A stretch of DNA of 64,000 bases from Burkholderiales bacterium (GTDB lineage Bacteria; Pseudomonadota; Gammaproteobacteria; Burkholderiales; SG8-39): positions 352 through 64,351 of the forward strand of contig DASPWT010000222.1 in the NCBI GenBank assembly GCA_035637655.1. The letters run 5' to 3'. Below, one piece after another: positions 30,669-41,581 of this stretch (its first letter is position 1; every line of letters begins with the position of its first letter). Made by a program: the position numbers and the translations under genes. The notes under the pieces were generated by a model. That model searched no databases. It worked only from the letters and a program-made list of their open reading frames with translations, and had not been told where the DNA came from.

Positions 30669-31538
30669 CTAGAGCACTTCGCTCCAGTGCAGCTTCTGGC
30701 GCAACATCGCGAAGTAGCTGTAACCCGGGGGGTGGACGAACTTGACGGTATGCTCCGCGCGCCGGATAACGACGCGGTCGCCCTCCTGAAGGTCGCACTG
30801 CAGCTGCCCGTCGAAGTGAAGCCGGGCATCGATCGAGCGCTTCAGGGAGATTTCGATCACGGTGCGGTCGCTGACCATGATGGGCCGGTTGGACAGCGTG
30901 TGCGGGCAGATCGGCACCAACGCGAACCCGGGCACGCTCGGTTGCAGTATCGGCCCGTCCGATGAAAGCGCGTAAGCGGTCGACCCCGTGGGCGTCGCCA
31001 CAATCAGGCCGTCGGCCCGCAAGTCGTAGACGAACTCGCCGTCGATGTTCACCACGAATTCGATCAGCCGACCGACAGATCCCTTGTTCACGACTGCGTC
31101 GTTGAGCGCGAGCGTCGCGAGCGTGACCACGCCATCGCGGCGCACTTCGGCGGCGAGCATGGTGCGCTCTTCGATCGTGTGGCGGCCGGCGAGAATCTCG
31201 GCCATAGCGTGGAGCATGTTGGACGAAGCGATGTCGGTCATGAATCCGAGGCGGCCCTGGTTGACGCCGACCAGGGGCACATGGTGAGCCGCCAGGTTTC
31301 GTGCGGCGTTGAGCATGCTTCCATCGCCTCCCTGCACCACGACCAGACCGGCGCGGGCGCCGATTTCGTCGTAATCGGCTATGGGAAAGCCGCTGACGTG
31401 GTTGGAAGCCGCGGTTTCCCTCTCGATCAGCACTTCGCGTCCCTGCTTGCGCAGGTAGTCGCCCAACGTGGCGAGCGCGCTCGCGACATCGGGGGAGTCA
31501 TAGCGGCCGATCAGCGCTATCGTCTTGAAAGCGGGCAT
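30669..31538 (-). CDS. nadK: NAD(+) kinase
   Basis: '[15 protein letters not shown]' and '[10 protein letters not shown]'. Confidence 0.9.
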   Translation of the reverse strand: MPAFKTIALIGRYDSPDVASALATLGDYLRKQGREVLIERETAASNHVSGFPIADYDEIGARAGLVVVQGGDGSMLNAARNLAAHHVPLVGVNQGRLGFMTDIASSNMLHAMAEILAGRHTIEERTMLAAEVRRDGVVTLATLALNDAVVNKGSVGRLIEFVVNIDGEFVYDLRADGLIVATPTGSTAYALSSDGPILQPSVPGFALVPICPHTLSNRPIMVSDRTVIEISLKRSIDARLHFDGQLQCDLQEGDRVVIRRAEHTVKFVHPPGYSYFAMLRQKLHWSEVL

Positions 31539-31637
31539 ACCGCCATTAAATCATGAACATGTGGCGGTGACAAAAAGCTGGGCTGCAGGCGCGTGAACAA
31601 AACCGCAAATCAAGCCGATTCTGTAGAATCGCGAGCT

Positions 31638-32657
31638 ATGCTGGACCGTCGCGCGCAGATTCTGCTCAAGACCTTGGTGGAGCGCTATATCGCCGAGGGC
31701 GAGCCGGTCGGCTCGCGCGCGCTGTCGCGCTACTCTGGTCTGGATCTGAGCCCGGCCACGATCCGAAACGTGGTGGCCGACCTGGAGGAACTCGGCTTTG
31801 TCGCGAGCCCCCATACCTCCGCGGGACGGATTCCCACCTCCCGCGGCTATCGTTTCTTCGTCGATACCCTGCTTACGGTAAAGCAGCTCGACCGCGTCGA
31901 AATCAGCCAGCTCGAAGTCAACCTTCACCCCGACCATCCGCAGCGCCTCATCAGCGCGGCCTCGCAGCTTCTCTCCGAGCTCACGCATTTCGCGGGCGTC
32001 GTGGTTGCCAGCAAACGCAAGACTCCGGCCTTCCGTCACATCGAGTTTCTGGCACTTTCGGACAAGCGCGTCCTGCTGATCATCGTAACCCCAGACGGTG
32101 ACGTGCAAAACCGAATACTGTTCACGGAGAAGACCTATACGCCTTCCGAGCTGACCATGGCGGCGAATTTCCTCAACCAGAACTACGCCGGCCTCACGTT
32201 CGATGACATCCGACGTCGCGTCCACGACGAGTTGAAGCAACTCCGGGAAGACATGACGCTTCTCATGACCGCGGCACTCGAAGCCGGCAGCGAGGCATTG
32301 TCCGCTTCGACGGAGAACTATGTCATATCCGGCGAGAGGAATCTGCTCGACTCGCATGATCTCGCCTCGAACATGTCGCGGCTACGGGAGTTGTTCGAGC
32401 TCTTCGAAAAGAAGACGTTGCTCATGCAGATCCTCGAGCTGAGCACCCGCGCGCAAGGGGTGCAGATCTACATCGGCGGCGAGTCCGGCATCGCGCCGCT
32501 CGACGAATGCAGCGTGGTCACGGCGCCGTACGAGTCCGACGGGCAGATCATCGGTACGGTCGGGGTAATCGGGCCGACGCGCATGGCCTACGAGCGCGTG
32601 ATACCGATCGTCGACATCACAGCGAAGCTATTGTCGAGCGCGCTGTCGAGCCACTAG
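31638..32657 (+). CDS. hrcA: Heat-inducible transcription repressor HrcA
   Basis: '[30 protein letters not shown]'. The ATG at 31638 matches the usual HrcA N-terminus, whereas the track GTG at 31593 adds 15 residues. Confidence 0.9.
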   Translation: MLDRRAQILLKTLVERYIAEGEPVGSRALSRYSGLDLSPATIRNVVADLEELGFVASPHTSAGRIPTSRGYRFFVDTLLTVKQLDRVEISQLEVNLHPDHPQRLISAASQLLSELTHFAGVVVASKRKTPAFRHIEFLALSDKRVLLIIVTPDGDVQNRILFTEKTYTPSELTMAANFLNQNYAGLTFDDIRRRVHDELKQLREDMTLLMTAALEAGSEALSASTENYVISGERNLLDSHDLASNMSRLRELFELFEKKTLLMQILELSTRAQGVQIYIGGESGIAPLDECSVVTAPYESDGQIIGTVGVIGPTRMAYERVIPIVDITAKLLSSALSSH

Positions 32658-32731
32658 ATCGGGAGTCGAGCGTCCGGGAGCCAAGCAGGATCAGCGGCCC
32701 TTGTTCCAGACTCTGACTCCCCGCTCTCGGC

Positions 32732-33847
32732 ATGCACTATCTCCCCGAGCCGAAACAGGAGCACGGCGCCATCGCCCAGACGGCGGTGTTGCTCGTCAAC
32801 CTCGGCACGCCCGATGCGCCGACACCGCAGGCGGTGCGCCGGTATCTGAAGCAGTTTCTGTCCGATCCGCGCGTGATCGAAATTCCTCGGGCGCTTTGGC
32901 TGCCGATGCTGCACGGCTTCGTGCTCAACACGAGACCGAGGAAATCAGCACGGAAATACGCCAGCATCTGGTCCTCGGAAGGCTCCCCCCTGAAGGTGCA
33001 TACCGAGAAGCAGGCGCGATTGCTGCGCGGCTATTTCGGTTCGCAGGTCCGTATGCCGCTCTCGGTCGATTTCGCCATGCGCTACGGCGAGCCCTCGATC
33101 CAGGGCACGCTGGCTCGCCTGAAGTCGGAGGGCTATGAGCGCGTCCTCGTGGTGCCGATGTATCCCCAATACGCGGCCAGCACGACCGCAAGCACGCTGG
33201 ATGAGGTAGGAGGGTTTCTGCGGCGAGTCCGCAACGTCCCGGAAATCCGGCTGGTGAGGCACTTTCACGACCACCCTTTGTACATCGCAGCACTGGCAAA
33301 TATCGTCCGCGAGCACTGGCGGCGGTCGGGACGCCCAGACATGCTGTTCATGAGTTTCCATGGCTTGCCACGTTACACGCTCGCCCGAGGAGATCCCTAC
33401 CATTTCGAGTGCCAGAAGACTGCGCGCCTGCTTGCCGGGGACCTCGAGCTTGCCGAGAGCCACTGGCAAATCGCCTTCCAGTCCCGCTTTGGGCGCGCGG
33501 AATGGATAGAGCCCGATACCGCGTCCACCCTGGCCGACTACGGCCGGCGCGGCGTGCGCCGCGTGGATGTGATCTGTCCGGGTTTCGTCGCGGATTGCCT
33601 CGAGACGCTCGAAGAAATCGGCATCGAGGGCCGAAAGATCTTCCTCGGCGCGGGAGGCAGGGAATTTCACCTGTTGCCATGCCTCAACGAGCGCGACGAC
33701 TGGATTCGTGCCTTGGCCGACATTGCGCGGCAGCATCTTGCCGGCTGGGTGGTGGAATCCTGGAATCCGCGGCTTGAAGGAACCGCGCCGAAGACAGCCC
33801 AAGCCGGGCCGACAGCTCTTGAAATCTCCCCGGAGAACCCCAGCTAG
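32732..33847 (+). CDS. hemH: Ferrochelatase
   Basis: '[33 protein letters not shown]' and 'MSFHGLP'. Confidence 0.92.
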   Translation: MHYLPEPKQEHGAIAQTAVLLVNLGTPDAPTPQAVRRYLKQFLSDPRVIEIPRALWLPMLHGFVLNTRPRKSARKYASIWSSEGSPLKVHTEKQARLLRGYFGSQVRMPLSVDFAMRYGEPSIQGTLARLKSEGYERVLVVPMYPQYAASTTASTLDEVGGFLRRVRNVPEIRLVRHFHDHPLYIAALANIVREHWRRSGRPDMLFMSFHGLPRYTLARGDPYHFECQKTARLLAGDLELAESHWQIAFQSRFGRAEWIEPDTASTLADYGRRGVRRVDVICPGFVADCLETLEEIGIEGRKIFLGAGGREFHLLPCLNERDDWIRALADIARQHLAGWVVESWNPRLEGTAPKTAQAGPTALEISPENPS

Positions 33848-33912
33848 AATCGTTAGCGAAAAGGGGCACACCCGTGCCCTCTAAACGTCGCGGCACATCT
33901 TGCGGAGAATCT

Positions 33913-34494
33913 ATGCCTGAACCGGACCAACCGAACCCGCAGGTTTCTTCGGGCGAAGCGTCAGTCGATGCGGCCGCGCCGCTCGCCAAACCGGCGGATG
34001 TCGCGCCCGTACCGGATACCGAGGAGCTGTTGCGACGCGCGGAGTTGAAGGCCCAGGAACACCACGACGCCTGGCTCCGCGCCAAGGCGGAGGCGGAAAA
34101 TATCCGCAAACGGACGGCGATCGAACTTGCAAGCGCTTACAAGTACGCGATCGAGGCCGTCGCCGCGGAATTGCTTCCCGTCAAGGACAGTCTGGAAGCG
34201 ACGCTCGCGGCCGACTCCGCTGCGCTTGAAACGCTGAGGAGTGGAGTCGAGCTGACATTGAAGCAGCTGAATGCCGTGTTCGCTAGAGCCAACCTCAGGG
34301 AGATCAATCCCATCGGGGAGAAGTTCGATCCCCACCAGCACCAGGCGATCAGCATGCTCCCCTCGGAGAAGGAACCGAACACGGTCATCAACGTGCTGCA
34401 AAAGGGCTACCGCCTGCACGACCGGGTGATCCGGCCGGCACTGGTCACCGTGGCCAAACCCAAAGACGAATCAAGCTTGAAGTTAAGGGATTGA
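33913..34494 (+). CDS. grpE: Nucleotide exchange factor GrpE
   Basis: ATG 33913 follows GGAG. '...[13 protein letters not shown]...' and '[23 protein letters not shown]'. The upstream GTG at 33874 lies inside a hairpin. Confidence 0.85.
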   Translation: MPEPDQPNPQVSSGEASVDAAAPLAKPADVAPVPDTEELLRRAELKAQEHHDAWLRAKAEAENIRKRTAIELASAYKYAIEAVAAELLPVKDSLEATLAADSAALETLRSGVELTLKQLNAVFARANLREINPIGEKFDPHQHQAISMLPSEKEPNTVINVLQKGYRLHDRVIRPALVTVAKPKDESSLKLRD

Positions 34495-34503
34495 TCCCCA
34501 TAT
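34476..34503 (+). promoter_or_regulatory. Sigma32 (RpoH)-type heat-shock promoter for dnaK
   Basis: CTTGAA (34476-34481), a 14-nt spacer, then CCCCATAT (34496-34503). The consensus is CTTGAA-N13-15-CCCCATnT. It sits inside the grpE 3' end, about 43 nt upstream of the dnaK ATG. Confidence 0.6.
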
Positions 34504-34545
34504 CGGCTTCAAGGTTATTTATCAGAAAATTCAAAAGGAAAGGCC

Positions 34546-36474
34546 ATGGGAAAGATCATCGGAATCGACCTCGGGACGACCAACTCCTGCGTCGCGATCA
34601 TGGAGGGCGGCAAGCCCAAGGTAATCGAGAACTCGGAAGGCGCCCGCACCACGCCCTCCATCGTCGCCTACATGGAGGACGGGGAGATCCTCGTCGGCGC
34701 GCCGGCCAAGCGGCAGGCGGTGACCAATCCCAAGAACACTCTCTACGCGATCAAGCGCCTCATCGGCCGCAAGTTCGAGGAGAAGGAGGTGCAGAAGGAT
34801 ATCGCCCTGATGCCCTACAAGATCGTCAAGGCCGACAACGGCGACGCCTGGGTCGAGGTCCGCGGCAAGAAGATCGCTCCTCAGGAAGTCTCTGCCCAGA
34901 TCCTGCGCAAAATGAAAAAGACCGCCGAGGACTACCTCGGCGAGGAAGTCACCGAAGCGGTCATCACCGTCCCGGCGTACTTCAACGATTCCCAGCGCCA
35001 GGCGACCAAGGACGCCGGCCGCATCGCGGGACTTGAAGTCAAGCGCATCATCAACGAACCCACGGCGGCTGCACTCGCGTTCGGACTGGACAAGAAGGAA
35101 GGCGATCGCAAGATCGCGGTCTATGACCTCGGTGGCGGCACGTTCGACATCTCGATCATCGAAATCGCGGAAGTCGAAGGCGAGCACCAGTTCGAGGTGC
35201 TCTCCACCAACGGCGACACGTTCCTCGGCGGCGAGGACTTCGACCAGCGCCTGATCGACTACCTCTGCGACGAATTCAAGAAGGACCAGGGAATCGACCT
35301 GCGAAATGACGTGCTCGCGCTGCAGCGGCTGAAGGAAGCCGCGGAAAAAGCGAAGATCGAGCTGTCTTCGAGCGCGCAGACCGAGATCAACCTGCCCTAC
35401 ATCACCGCCGACAAGAGCGGGCCCAAGCATCTCGCCATCAAGGTCACGCGCGCCAAATTCGAGAGCCTGGTCGAGGATCTGATCGAAAAGACGGTCGAGC
35501 CCTGCCGTATCGCGTTGAAGGACGCGGGGCTCAAAGTTTCCGACATCGAGGACGTGATCTTGGTCGGCGGAATGACGCGCATGCCCAAGGTCCAGGAGAC
35601 GGTGAAGGACTTCTTCGGCAAGGAGCCGCGTAAGGACGTCAACCCGGACGAGGCAGTCGCGGTCGGCGCCGGGATCCAGGGCGGCGTGTTGAAGGGCGAC
35701 GTCAAGGACGTCCTGCTCTTGGATGTCACGCCGTTGTCGCTCGGAATCGAGACGCTGGGGGGTGTTTTCACCAAGCTCATTCAGAAAAACACCACCATCC
35801 CGACCAAGGCGCAGCAGGTCTTCTCCACTGCAGACGATAATCAGTCGGCGGTGACCATCCATGTGCTCCAGGGCGAGCGCGACGTGGCCTCGGGCAACAA
35901 GAGCCTCGGCCAGTTTAATCTCGAGGGCATTCCACCCGCGCCGCGCGGGATGCCGCAGATCGAGGTCACCTTCGACATCGACGCCAACGGCATCTTGCAC
36001 GTGTCGGCGAAGGACAAGGCGACGGGCAAGGAAAACAAGATCACCATCAAGGCAAACTCCGGGCTCAATGAATCCGAGATTCAGCGCATGGTAAAGGACG
36101 CAGAAGCGCACGCGGCCGAAGACAAGAAGCAGCTCGAGATTGTGACGTCGCGCAACCAGTTGGATTCGCTGGTGCACTCGGTTCAGAAGTCGCTGAAGGA
36201 ATACGGCGACAAACTCGCAGCGGATGAAAAAGCGAAGATCGAGGCCGCGCTCAAGGATGCCGAAGAGGCGATGAAGTCCGACGACAAGGAGAAAATCGAC
36301 GCCAAGGCCCAGGCGCTTTCGCAGGCGGCGCAGAAACTCGGCGAGAAGATGTACGCCGACGCGCAAAAGGCTCAGGGCGATCAGGGCGGCGGCGACGCAA
36401 AAGCATCGAAGCCGGAAGATGAGGCTAACGTCGTCGACGCCGAGTTTACCGAGGTGAAGGACAAGAAAGGTTAA
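34546..36474 (+). CDS. dnaK: Molecular chaperone DnaK (Hsp70)
   Basis: '[16 protein letters not shown]', '[11 protein letters not shown]', '[11 protein letters not shown]'. Confidence 0.97.
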   Translation: MGKIIGIDLGTTNSCVAIMEGGKPKVIENSEGARTTPSIVAYMEDGEILVGAPAKRQAVTNPKNTLYAIKRLIGRKFEEKEVQKDIALMPYKIVKADNGDAWVEVRGKKIAPQEVSAQILRKMKKTAEDYLGEEVTEAVITVPAYFNDSQRQATKDAGRIAGLEVKRIINEPTAAALAFGLDKKEGDRKIAVYDLGGGTFDISIIEIAEVEGEHQFEVLSTNGDTFLGGEDFDQRLIDYLCDEFKKDQGIDLRNDVLALQRLKEAAEKAKIELSSSAQTEINLPYITADKSGPKHLAIKVTRAKFESLVEDLIEKTVEPCRIALKDAGLKVSDIEDVILVGGMTRMPKVQETVKDFFGKEPRKDVNPDEAVAVGAGIQGGVLKGDVKDVLLLDVTPLSLGIETLGGVFTKLIQKNTTIPTKAQQVFSTADDNQSAVTIHVLQGERDVASGNKSLGQFNLEGIPPAPRGMPQIEVTFDIDANGILHVSAKDKATGKENKITIKANSGLNESEIQRMVKDAEAHAAEDKKQLEIVTSRNQLDSLVHSVQKSLKEYGDKLAADEKAKIEAALKDAEEAMKSDDKEKIDAKAQALSQAAQKLGEKMYADAQKAQGDQGGGDAKASKPEDEANVVDAEFTEVKDKKG

Positions 36475-36502
36475 GCGCCGCGCGCAAATCGCGCGGCCTT
36501 AA
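36471..36502 (+). promoter_or_regulatory. Intercistronic stem-loop overlapping the dnaK stop
   Basis: ttaag-c-gccgcgcg-caaat-cgcgcggc-cttaa forms a 13-bp stem with one bulge and has no T-run. A second imperfect palindrome lies at about 36513-36540. Confidence 0.4.
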
Positions 36503-36579
36503 CTGGCCGAGTTCGAGCTGACGCGCAAGCGCGCAGCTCAACTCGGCCTTTGCGTGTCTAGCAAGGGAAGAGCCAAGCA

Positions 36580-37704
36580 ATGGCGAAGCGGGATTACTAC
36601 GAAGTGCTCGGCGTCAACCGCGACGCCGACGAGGAGGCCATCAAGAAAGCGTATCGGCGCCTCGCCATGAAGCATCATCCGGATCGCAATCCGGATAACC
36701 CCAAAGCCGAAGAGCTGTTCAAGGAGGCCAAAGAGGCGTACGAGGTCCTGACCGACGCCAACAAGCGTGCCGCCTATGACCGTTACGGCCACGCCGGAGT
36801 CGATCCGCGCGCAGGCATGGCCGGCGGCGGGGCCGCCGGTTTCTCGGGCTTCGCCGACGCGTTCGGCGATATCTTCGGCGACATCTTCAACCAGGCGCGC
36901 GGCGGCCGCTCCTCGGTGTACCGGGGAGCCGACCTGCGCTACAACCTCGAGGTCGCGCTGGAGCAGGCAGCGCGCGGCACCGAAACCCGCATTCGCATTC
37001 CGACCTACGAGGATTGCGAGACCTGCAAGGGTTCCGGGGCGAAACCCGGGACCAAGCCGCGAACCTGCTCGACCTGTGAAGGGCACGGCCAGGTACGCAT
37101 GCAGCAGGGGTTTTTCTCCATCCAGCAGGCGTGCCCGAAATGCCACGGAACCGGAAAGCTCATCACCGAGCCCTGCCCGAGCTGCCACGGTGCCGCGCGG
37201 GTGAAAAGACAAAAAACGCTCTCGGTCAAGATTCCCGCCGGCGTAGACAATGGCGATCGTATCCGTCTTTCAGGCGAAGGCGAGCCCGGGGTAAATGGCG
37301 GGCCGGCAGGCGATCTTTACGTGCAGATCCAGGTCAAGTCCCATCCGGTTTTTCAGCGCGACCACGACGACTTGCACTGCGAAATGCCGGTCAGTTTCGC
37401 GACGGCGGCGCTCGGCGGAGAGATTGAAATCCCCACGTTGGACGGTTCGGCGAAGATCAGAATCCCCTCCGAGACTCAATCGGGAAAGGTATTTCGGTTG
37501 CGTGGCAAAGGTATTCGCGGTGTGCGCAGTCGGGAACACGGCGATCTGCTCTGTCACGTCGTTGTCGAAACGCCGGTAAACCTGACCGACCGACAAAGGG
37601 AGCTGCTGCGCGAGTTCGAGGCGATCAGCCAAATAGACAGCGATAGACACAACCCGCGTGCCAAATCCTGGATGGAGAAGGTCAAAGAATTCTTCGCTCA
37701 GTAG
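36580..37704 (+). CDS. dnaJ: Molecular chaperone DnaJ
   Basis: J-domain 'DYYEVLGV...HPDRNP', a G/F region and four CxxCxGxG zinc-finger repeats. Confidence 0.95.
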   Translation: MAKRDYYEVLGVNRDADEEAIKKAYRRLAMKHHPDRNPDNPKAEELFKEAKEAYEVLTDANKRAAYDRYGHAGVDPRAGMAGGGAAGFSGFADAFGDIFGDIFNQARGGRSSVYRGADLRYNLEVALEQAARGTETRIRIPTYEDCETCKGSGAKPGTKPRTCSTCEGHGQVRMQQGFFSIQQACPKCHGTGKLITEPCPSCHGAARVKRQKTLSVKIPAGVDNGDRIRLSGEGEPGVNGGPAGDLYVQIQVKSHPVFQRDHDDLHCEMPVSFATAALGGEIEIPTLDGSAKIRIPSETQSGKVFRLRGKGIRGVRSREHGDLLCHVVVETPVNLTDRQRELLREFEAISQIDSDRHNPRAKSWMEKVKEFFAQ

Positions 37705-37775
37705 CAGATCAAGCACATATTCAACGCAGCGGGTATAGAATCGGCGGTACGAGCGCATCCTCGCAAGGAGGTCGC

Positions 37776-38912
37776 ATGATTCGTGTGACATTGACTGCGG
37801 CGGTTGGGGCCTTGGCCTGCTTGTTCGCGGGCGGCGTCGCCCACGCCCAGGGCGTGACCAAGACAAACATCCTGATCGGCCAATCATCTCCGTTTTCCGG
37901 CAGCAACAAGGAGCTCGGTGAAGACATCCGCGAAGGTCTGCAAGCCTACTTCAAGCAGGTCAATCAGGCGGGCGGGGTCAACGGACGCACTCTCGAGCTC
38001 ATAGCGCTGGACGACGGCAACGATGCAAAGCGCTCTGGCGAGAACGCAAGGATCTTGATAGAGCAAAGAGGCGTGCTCGCGCTGATCGGCTATGCCAGCG
38101 CCACGCTAAGCCTCCCCGCGCTCCCATTCGCCGAAAAGAACAAGGTCGCATTCGTCGGGCCGTTTACCGGTGCGGAGCCGATGCGCACATTTCGCCGCAA
38201 CGTGTACAACATTCGCGCAAGCTACGCCGACGAGCTTGAGAAGATCGTCGATTTCTACACGACGACCGGAATGAGGAGATTTTCCGTTATCCACTACGAC
38301 GACGCGGTAGGGAAGGAAAATCTCGCCGCCGTTGAGGTCGCGCTGAACCGGCGCGGACTGAAACCGGCGTCGATCGGGACCTTGAAGCGCAATCAGACGG
38401 ACTTGGGTGCCGCCGTTTCCGACGTCGTCAAGGCGGCACCGGACGTCGTCATAGCGACTACGCTCTACAAGACGACCGGCGATTTCATCAAATCGGCGAA
38501 AAAGGCTGGATCGGGCGCCCAGTTCGCCAGCATCTCATTCGTCGGCGCGAGCGCGCTGGCCAGCGAGCTCGGCGACCAAGGCATGGGCGTCGTCGTTTCG
38601 CAGGTGGTGCCACCCTACGCCAGGAACTCGATCCCCATCGTGAGGGAATACCAGGCGGCAATTGAGAAATCGCTCGGCAAGAAGGATTATTCCTTCACTT
38701 CGCTCGAGTCGTACATCGGAGCAAAAGTGCTTGTCGAAGCGATTCGCCGCGCCGGCGCGAACCCGACGCGCGAAGGCCTTCTCAAGACGCTCGATTCGAT
38801 GCAGAACTTCAATGTCGGCGGATATCAGGTCGATTTCAGCCCGTCGAATCACAATGGTTCCAAGTTCGTGGAGTTGACCGCCATCAGCAAAGCGGGAAGG
38901 TTTGCTTACTAG
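37776..38912 (+). CDS. ABC transporter substrate-binding protein (Leu/Ile/Val-binding, type 1 PBP family)
   Basis: It has a signal peptide, then 'ILIGQSSPFSGSNKELGEDIREGLQAYFKQVNQAGGVNGRTLELIALDDGND'. No cognate permease or ATPase genes are adjacent. Confidence 0.75.
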   Translation: MIRVTLTAAVGALACLFAGGVAHAQGVTKTNILIGQSSPFSGSNKELGEDIREGLQAYFKQVNQAGGVNGRTLELIALDDGNDAKRSGENARILIEQRGVLALIGYASATLSLPALPFAEKNKVAFVGPFTGAEPMRTFRRNVYNIRASYADELEKIVDFYTTTGMRRFSVIHYDDAVGKENLAAVEVALNRRGLKPASIGTLKRNQTDLGAAVSDVVKAAPDVVIATTLYKTTGDFIKSAKKAGSGAQFASISFVGASALASELGDQGMGVVVSQVVPPYARNSIPIVREYQAAIEKSLGKKDYSFTSLESYIGAKVLVEAIRRAGANPTREGLLKTLDSMQNFNVGGYQVDFSPSNHNGSKFVELTAISKAGRFAY

Positions 38913-38928
38913 CTAGCTTCACTGTGGA

Positions 38929-40314
38929 TTAGTTTCGCCGCCAGGTAGTGCCTTGAGGGCCGTCCTCGAGTCCGATTCCCTTTTGAAGCAATTCGTCGCG
39001 GATCTCGTCGGCGCGCCGAAAATCTTTCTCCCGGCGCGCCTCGTTGCGTTCGGCGATCAGCCCCGCAATCTGCGGGTCTGAGATCCCGTCGCCCGGTCCC
39101 ACCTCTGCACGCAGGAATTGCTCGCTTTCGCGTCCCAGCAAACCTAGCAGACCGCCGAGCGCGCGCAACTGACGCGCGAGCGCCGTTGAGTGCGCGCGGT
39201 TGACTTCGTTGGTGAGATCGAAAAGCACCGCCACGGCCTCGGGCGTGTTGAAGTCGTTGTCCATTGCCTCCCGGAAGCGACGGCCGTGGATTTCGTCCCA
39301 GTCAGGCGACGCTGCGTCGGGCGGCGCCCCCTTCAGGGCGGTGTAGAGCCTCGCCAACGCGTGCCGCGCGTCTTGCAGATGCTGGTCGGAGTAGTTGAGA
39401 GGGCTTCGGTAGTGCGCACGCACGACGAAGAAACGCACGACCTCCGGATCGTGGCGTTTGAGCAGCTCGCGGATGGTGGCGAAGTTGCCCGTCGATTTCG
39501 ACATCTTCTCGTCCTGCAGTTGAACAAAGCCGTTGTGCATCCAGTATTTTACGAATGGTTGCGTGTCATTTCGATCTAGGACGCCTTCGGACTGGGCGAT
39601 TTCGTTCTCGTGATGCGGAAACTGCAGGTCCTGCCCGCCGCCATGAATGTCGAAATGCGTCCCCAGCAGTTTCGTGCTCATCGCCGAGCACTCGATGTGC
39701 CAGCCCGGACGTCCGTCGCCCCAGGGCGACCTCCAGAAGGGCTCGCCTTCCTTGGCGCGCTTCCACAGGACGAAATCGAGCGGATCGCGCTTGGTCGTGT
39801 CGACCTCGACCCGCTCCCCGGCACGCAGATCCTCGAGCGACTTCCCCGAGAGTTTCCCGTAACCTGGAAACTTCCGGACTGAGAAATTCACGTCGCCGCT
39901 TTCCGCCCGATAGGCGATGCCGCGCTCCTCCAATCTTCCGATCATCTCCAGCATCGCGGTAACGTGATCGGTTGCGCGCGGCTCGATGTCGGGCTTCTGC
40001 ACCCCTAGAGCCGCGGCGTCCTCGTCCATGTAGCGAATAAAGCGCTCGGTCAAAGCAGCAACGGATTCACCGGTCTCAGCCGCCCGGCGGATAATCCTGT
40101 CGTCAACATCGGTAATGTTGCGCACATAAATCAACGGGTAGCCGCTTGCGCGCAACCAGCGTTGTACCACGTCGAATGCGATCATCATCCGTGCATGCCC
40201 GAGATGGCAGTAGTCATACACCGTAATCCCGCACACATAGATCCTCACCCGGGCGGGGTCGAGAGGGACGAAAGGTTCCTCCGCGCGGCTGAGGCTGTTG
40301 TAGATTTTCAGCAT
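38929..40314 (-). CDS. cysS: Cysteine--tRNA ligase
   Basis: '[10 protein letters not shown]...[17 protein letters not shown]' (HIGH motif) and 'KMSKSTGN'. The ATG at 40314 matches the usual N-terminus. Confidence 0.92.
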   Translation of the reverse strand: MLKIYNSLSRAEEPFVPLDPARVRIYVCGITVYDYCHLGHARMMIAFDVVQRWLRASGYPLIYVRNITDVDDRIIRRAAETGESVAALTERFIRYMDEDAAALGVQKPDIEPRATDHVTAMLEMIGRLEERGIAYRAESGDVNFSVRKFPGYGKLSGKSLEDLRAGERVEVDTTKRDPLDFVLWKRAKEGEPFWRSPWGDGRPGWHIECSAMSTKLLGTHFDIHGGGQDLQFPHHENEIAQSEGVLDRNDTQPFVKYWMHNGFVQLQDEKMSKSTGNFATIRELLKRHDPEVVRFFVVRAHYRSPLNYSDQHLQDARHALARLYTALKGAPPDAASPDWDEIHGRRFREAMDNDFNTPEAVAVLFDLTNEVNRAHSTALARQLRALGGLLGLLGRESEQFLRAEVGPGDGISDPQIAGLIAERNEARREKDFRRADEIRDELLQKGIGLEDGPQGTTWRRN

Positions 40315-40546
40315 GGCATTGAGCGGGGCGTTCCCGTCTCTCATCGTGCGAGCGACAAAGGCCCGGATGTCATGATCGCGCACCAGATCGAGATTTCCGG
40401 CGGCGTCAAGTCGGAGCGCGGTGCGCCTGCCGGGGAGAAAAGTGACGAAATCGAGGAAATTCCCGCAAGGGGCTGATTATTGTGGACTTTGCGAGCTTCT
40501 TGATAGAATGTCGTGTTGCTCTCCGGCCCGAAAAAAGTATAGCACA

Positions 40547-41581
40547 ATGATTCAGTTCATTCGGTTCAGCGCGCCGCTCGCGGCCCTGTTTTCCGCGCTC
40601 GCGCTCGCGACATGGCAAGCCCGCGCCGACGAGCTTGAGGACGTCAACCGCCTTTTGAAGCAGGGCCAGCACGCGCAGGCGCTTGAACGGGTCAATCAGT
40701 ATCTCGCGCAGAATCCGAGCGACGCTCAGGGTCGCTTCAAAAAGGGACTGATCCTCGCCGAGCAAAATAAAGTTGCGGAGGCGATCGAGGTATTCACCAA
40801 GCTTTCGCAGGACTATCCCAAGTTACCGGAGCCTCACAATAATCTCGCGGTGCTCTACGCCTCCGAGGGTCAATACGAAAAGGCGCGGCAGCAACTGGAG
40901 ATGTCCATCCGCACGGATCCGCGCTTTGCGACTGCGTATGAAAACCTGGGTGATGTGTACACCAAGCTCGCGAGCCAGGCATATGACAAAGCGCTGCAGC
41001 TCGATTCCTCCAATTCCGCCGCAAAAAACAAGCTCTCGCTGATTCGCGACTTGTTGATCACAAGCGAAACCCGTCTTCCGGCCGTCTCGATCGGCCCTGC
41101 CGGGAAGACCGCGGAACCGGCGCGGCCGCCCGCGGTGGCGATTTCCCCGGAGAAGTCCGCCACCGAGGCCAAGCCCGCCCCCGGACAGGCCAAGCTCGCC
41201 GCCGCGAAGCCGGCAAAACAGCCAGCCCGTGCTCGGGAGGGTAATACGGAGGAAGTGCTCCAGGCCGTGCGCGCTTGGGCTGGCGCATGGGCCAAACAGG
41301 ACGTGGACACCTATCTTGCCTTCTACGCCAAGGATTTCAAGACGCCGAAAGGCGAGACACGCGCCGAATGGGAGGCTGCGCGAAAGCAGCGCATTTCCAC
41401 GCCCAAAAAAATCGAGGTCGCCGTTGAATCGCCCAAGGTCACGCTCAAGGGAGATAGCGCGGTGGTCAGCTTTCGGCAGGCGTACCGTTCGGACAGCCTG
41501 AAGATCAACGGCAGCAAAACGCTGCACATGGTCAGGAGCGAGGGCCGCTGGCTGATCCAGGAGGAGCGGGCGGGAGGCTGA
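40547..41581 (+). CDS. Secreted TPR-repeat protein with a C-terminal NTF2/SnoaL-like domain
   Basis: It has a signal peptide (MIQFIRFSAPLAALFSALALATWQARA). TPR repeats include 'YPKLPEPHNNLAVLYASEGQYEKARQQLEMSIRTDP'. The C-terminus is 'VRAWAGAWAKQDVDTYLAFYAKDF'. Confidence 0.7.
   Translation: MIQFIRFSAPLAALFSALALATWQARADELEDVNRLLKQGQHAQALERVNQYLAQNPSDAQGRFKKGLILAEQNKVAEAIEVFTKLSQDYPKLPEPHNNLAVLYASEGQYEKARQQLEMSIRTDPRFATAYENLGDVYTKLASQAYDKALQLDSSNSAAKNKLSLIRDLLITSETRLPAVSIGPAGKTAEPARPPAVAISPEKSATEAKPAPGQAKLAAAKPAKQPARAREGNTEEVLQAVRAWAGAWAKQDVDTYLAFYAKDFKTPKGETRAEWEAARKQRISTPKKIEVAVESPKVTLKGDSAVVSFRQAYRSDSLKINGSKTLHMVRSEGRWLIQEERAGG

Noticed and set aside
31539-31637. CIRCE operator (TTAGCACTC-N9-GAGTGCTAA) expected near hrcA, grpE or dnaK.
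   Set aside because: I did not find the inverted repeat upstream of hrcA, grpE or dnaK in this window. The HrcA targets (for example groESL) are probably elsewhere.
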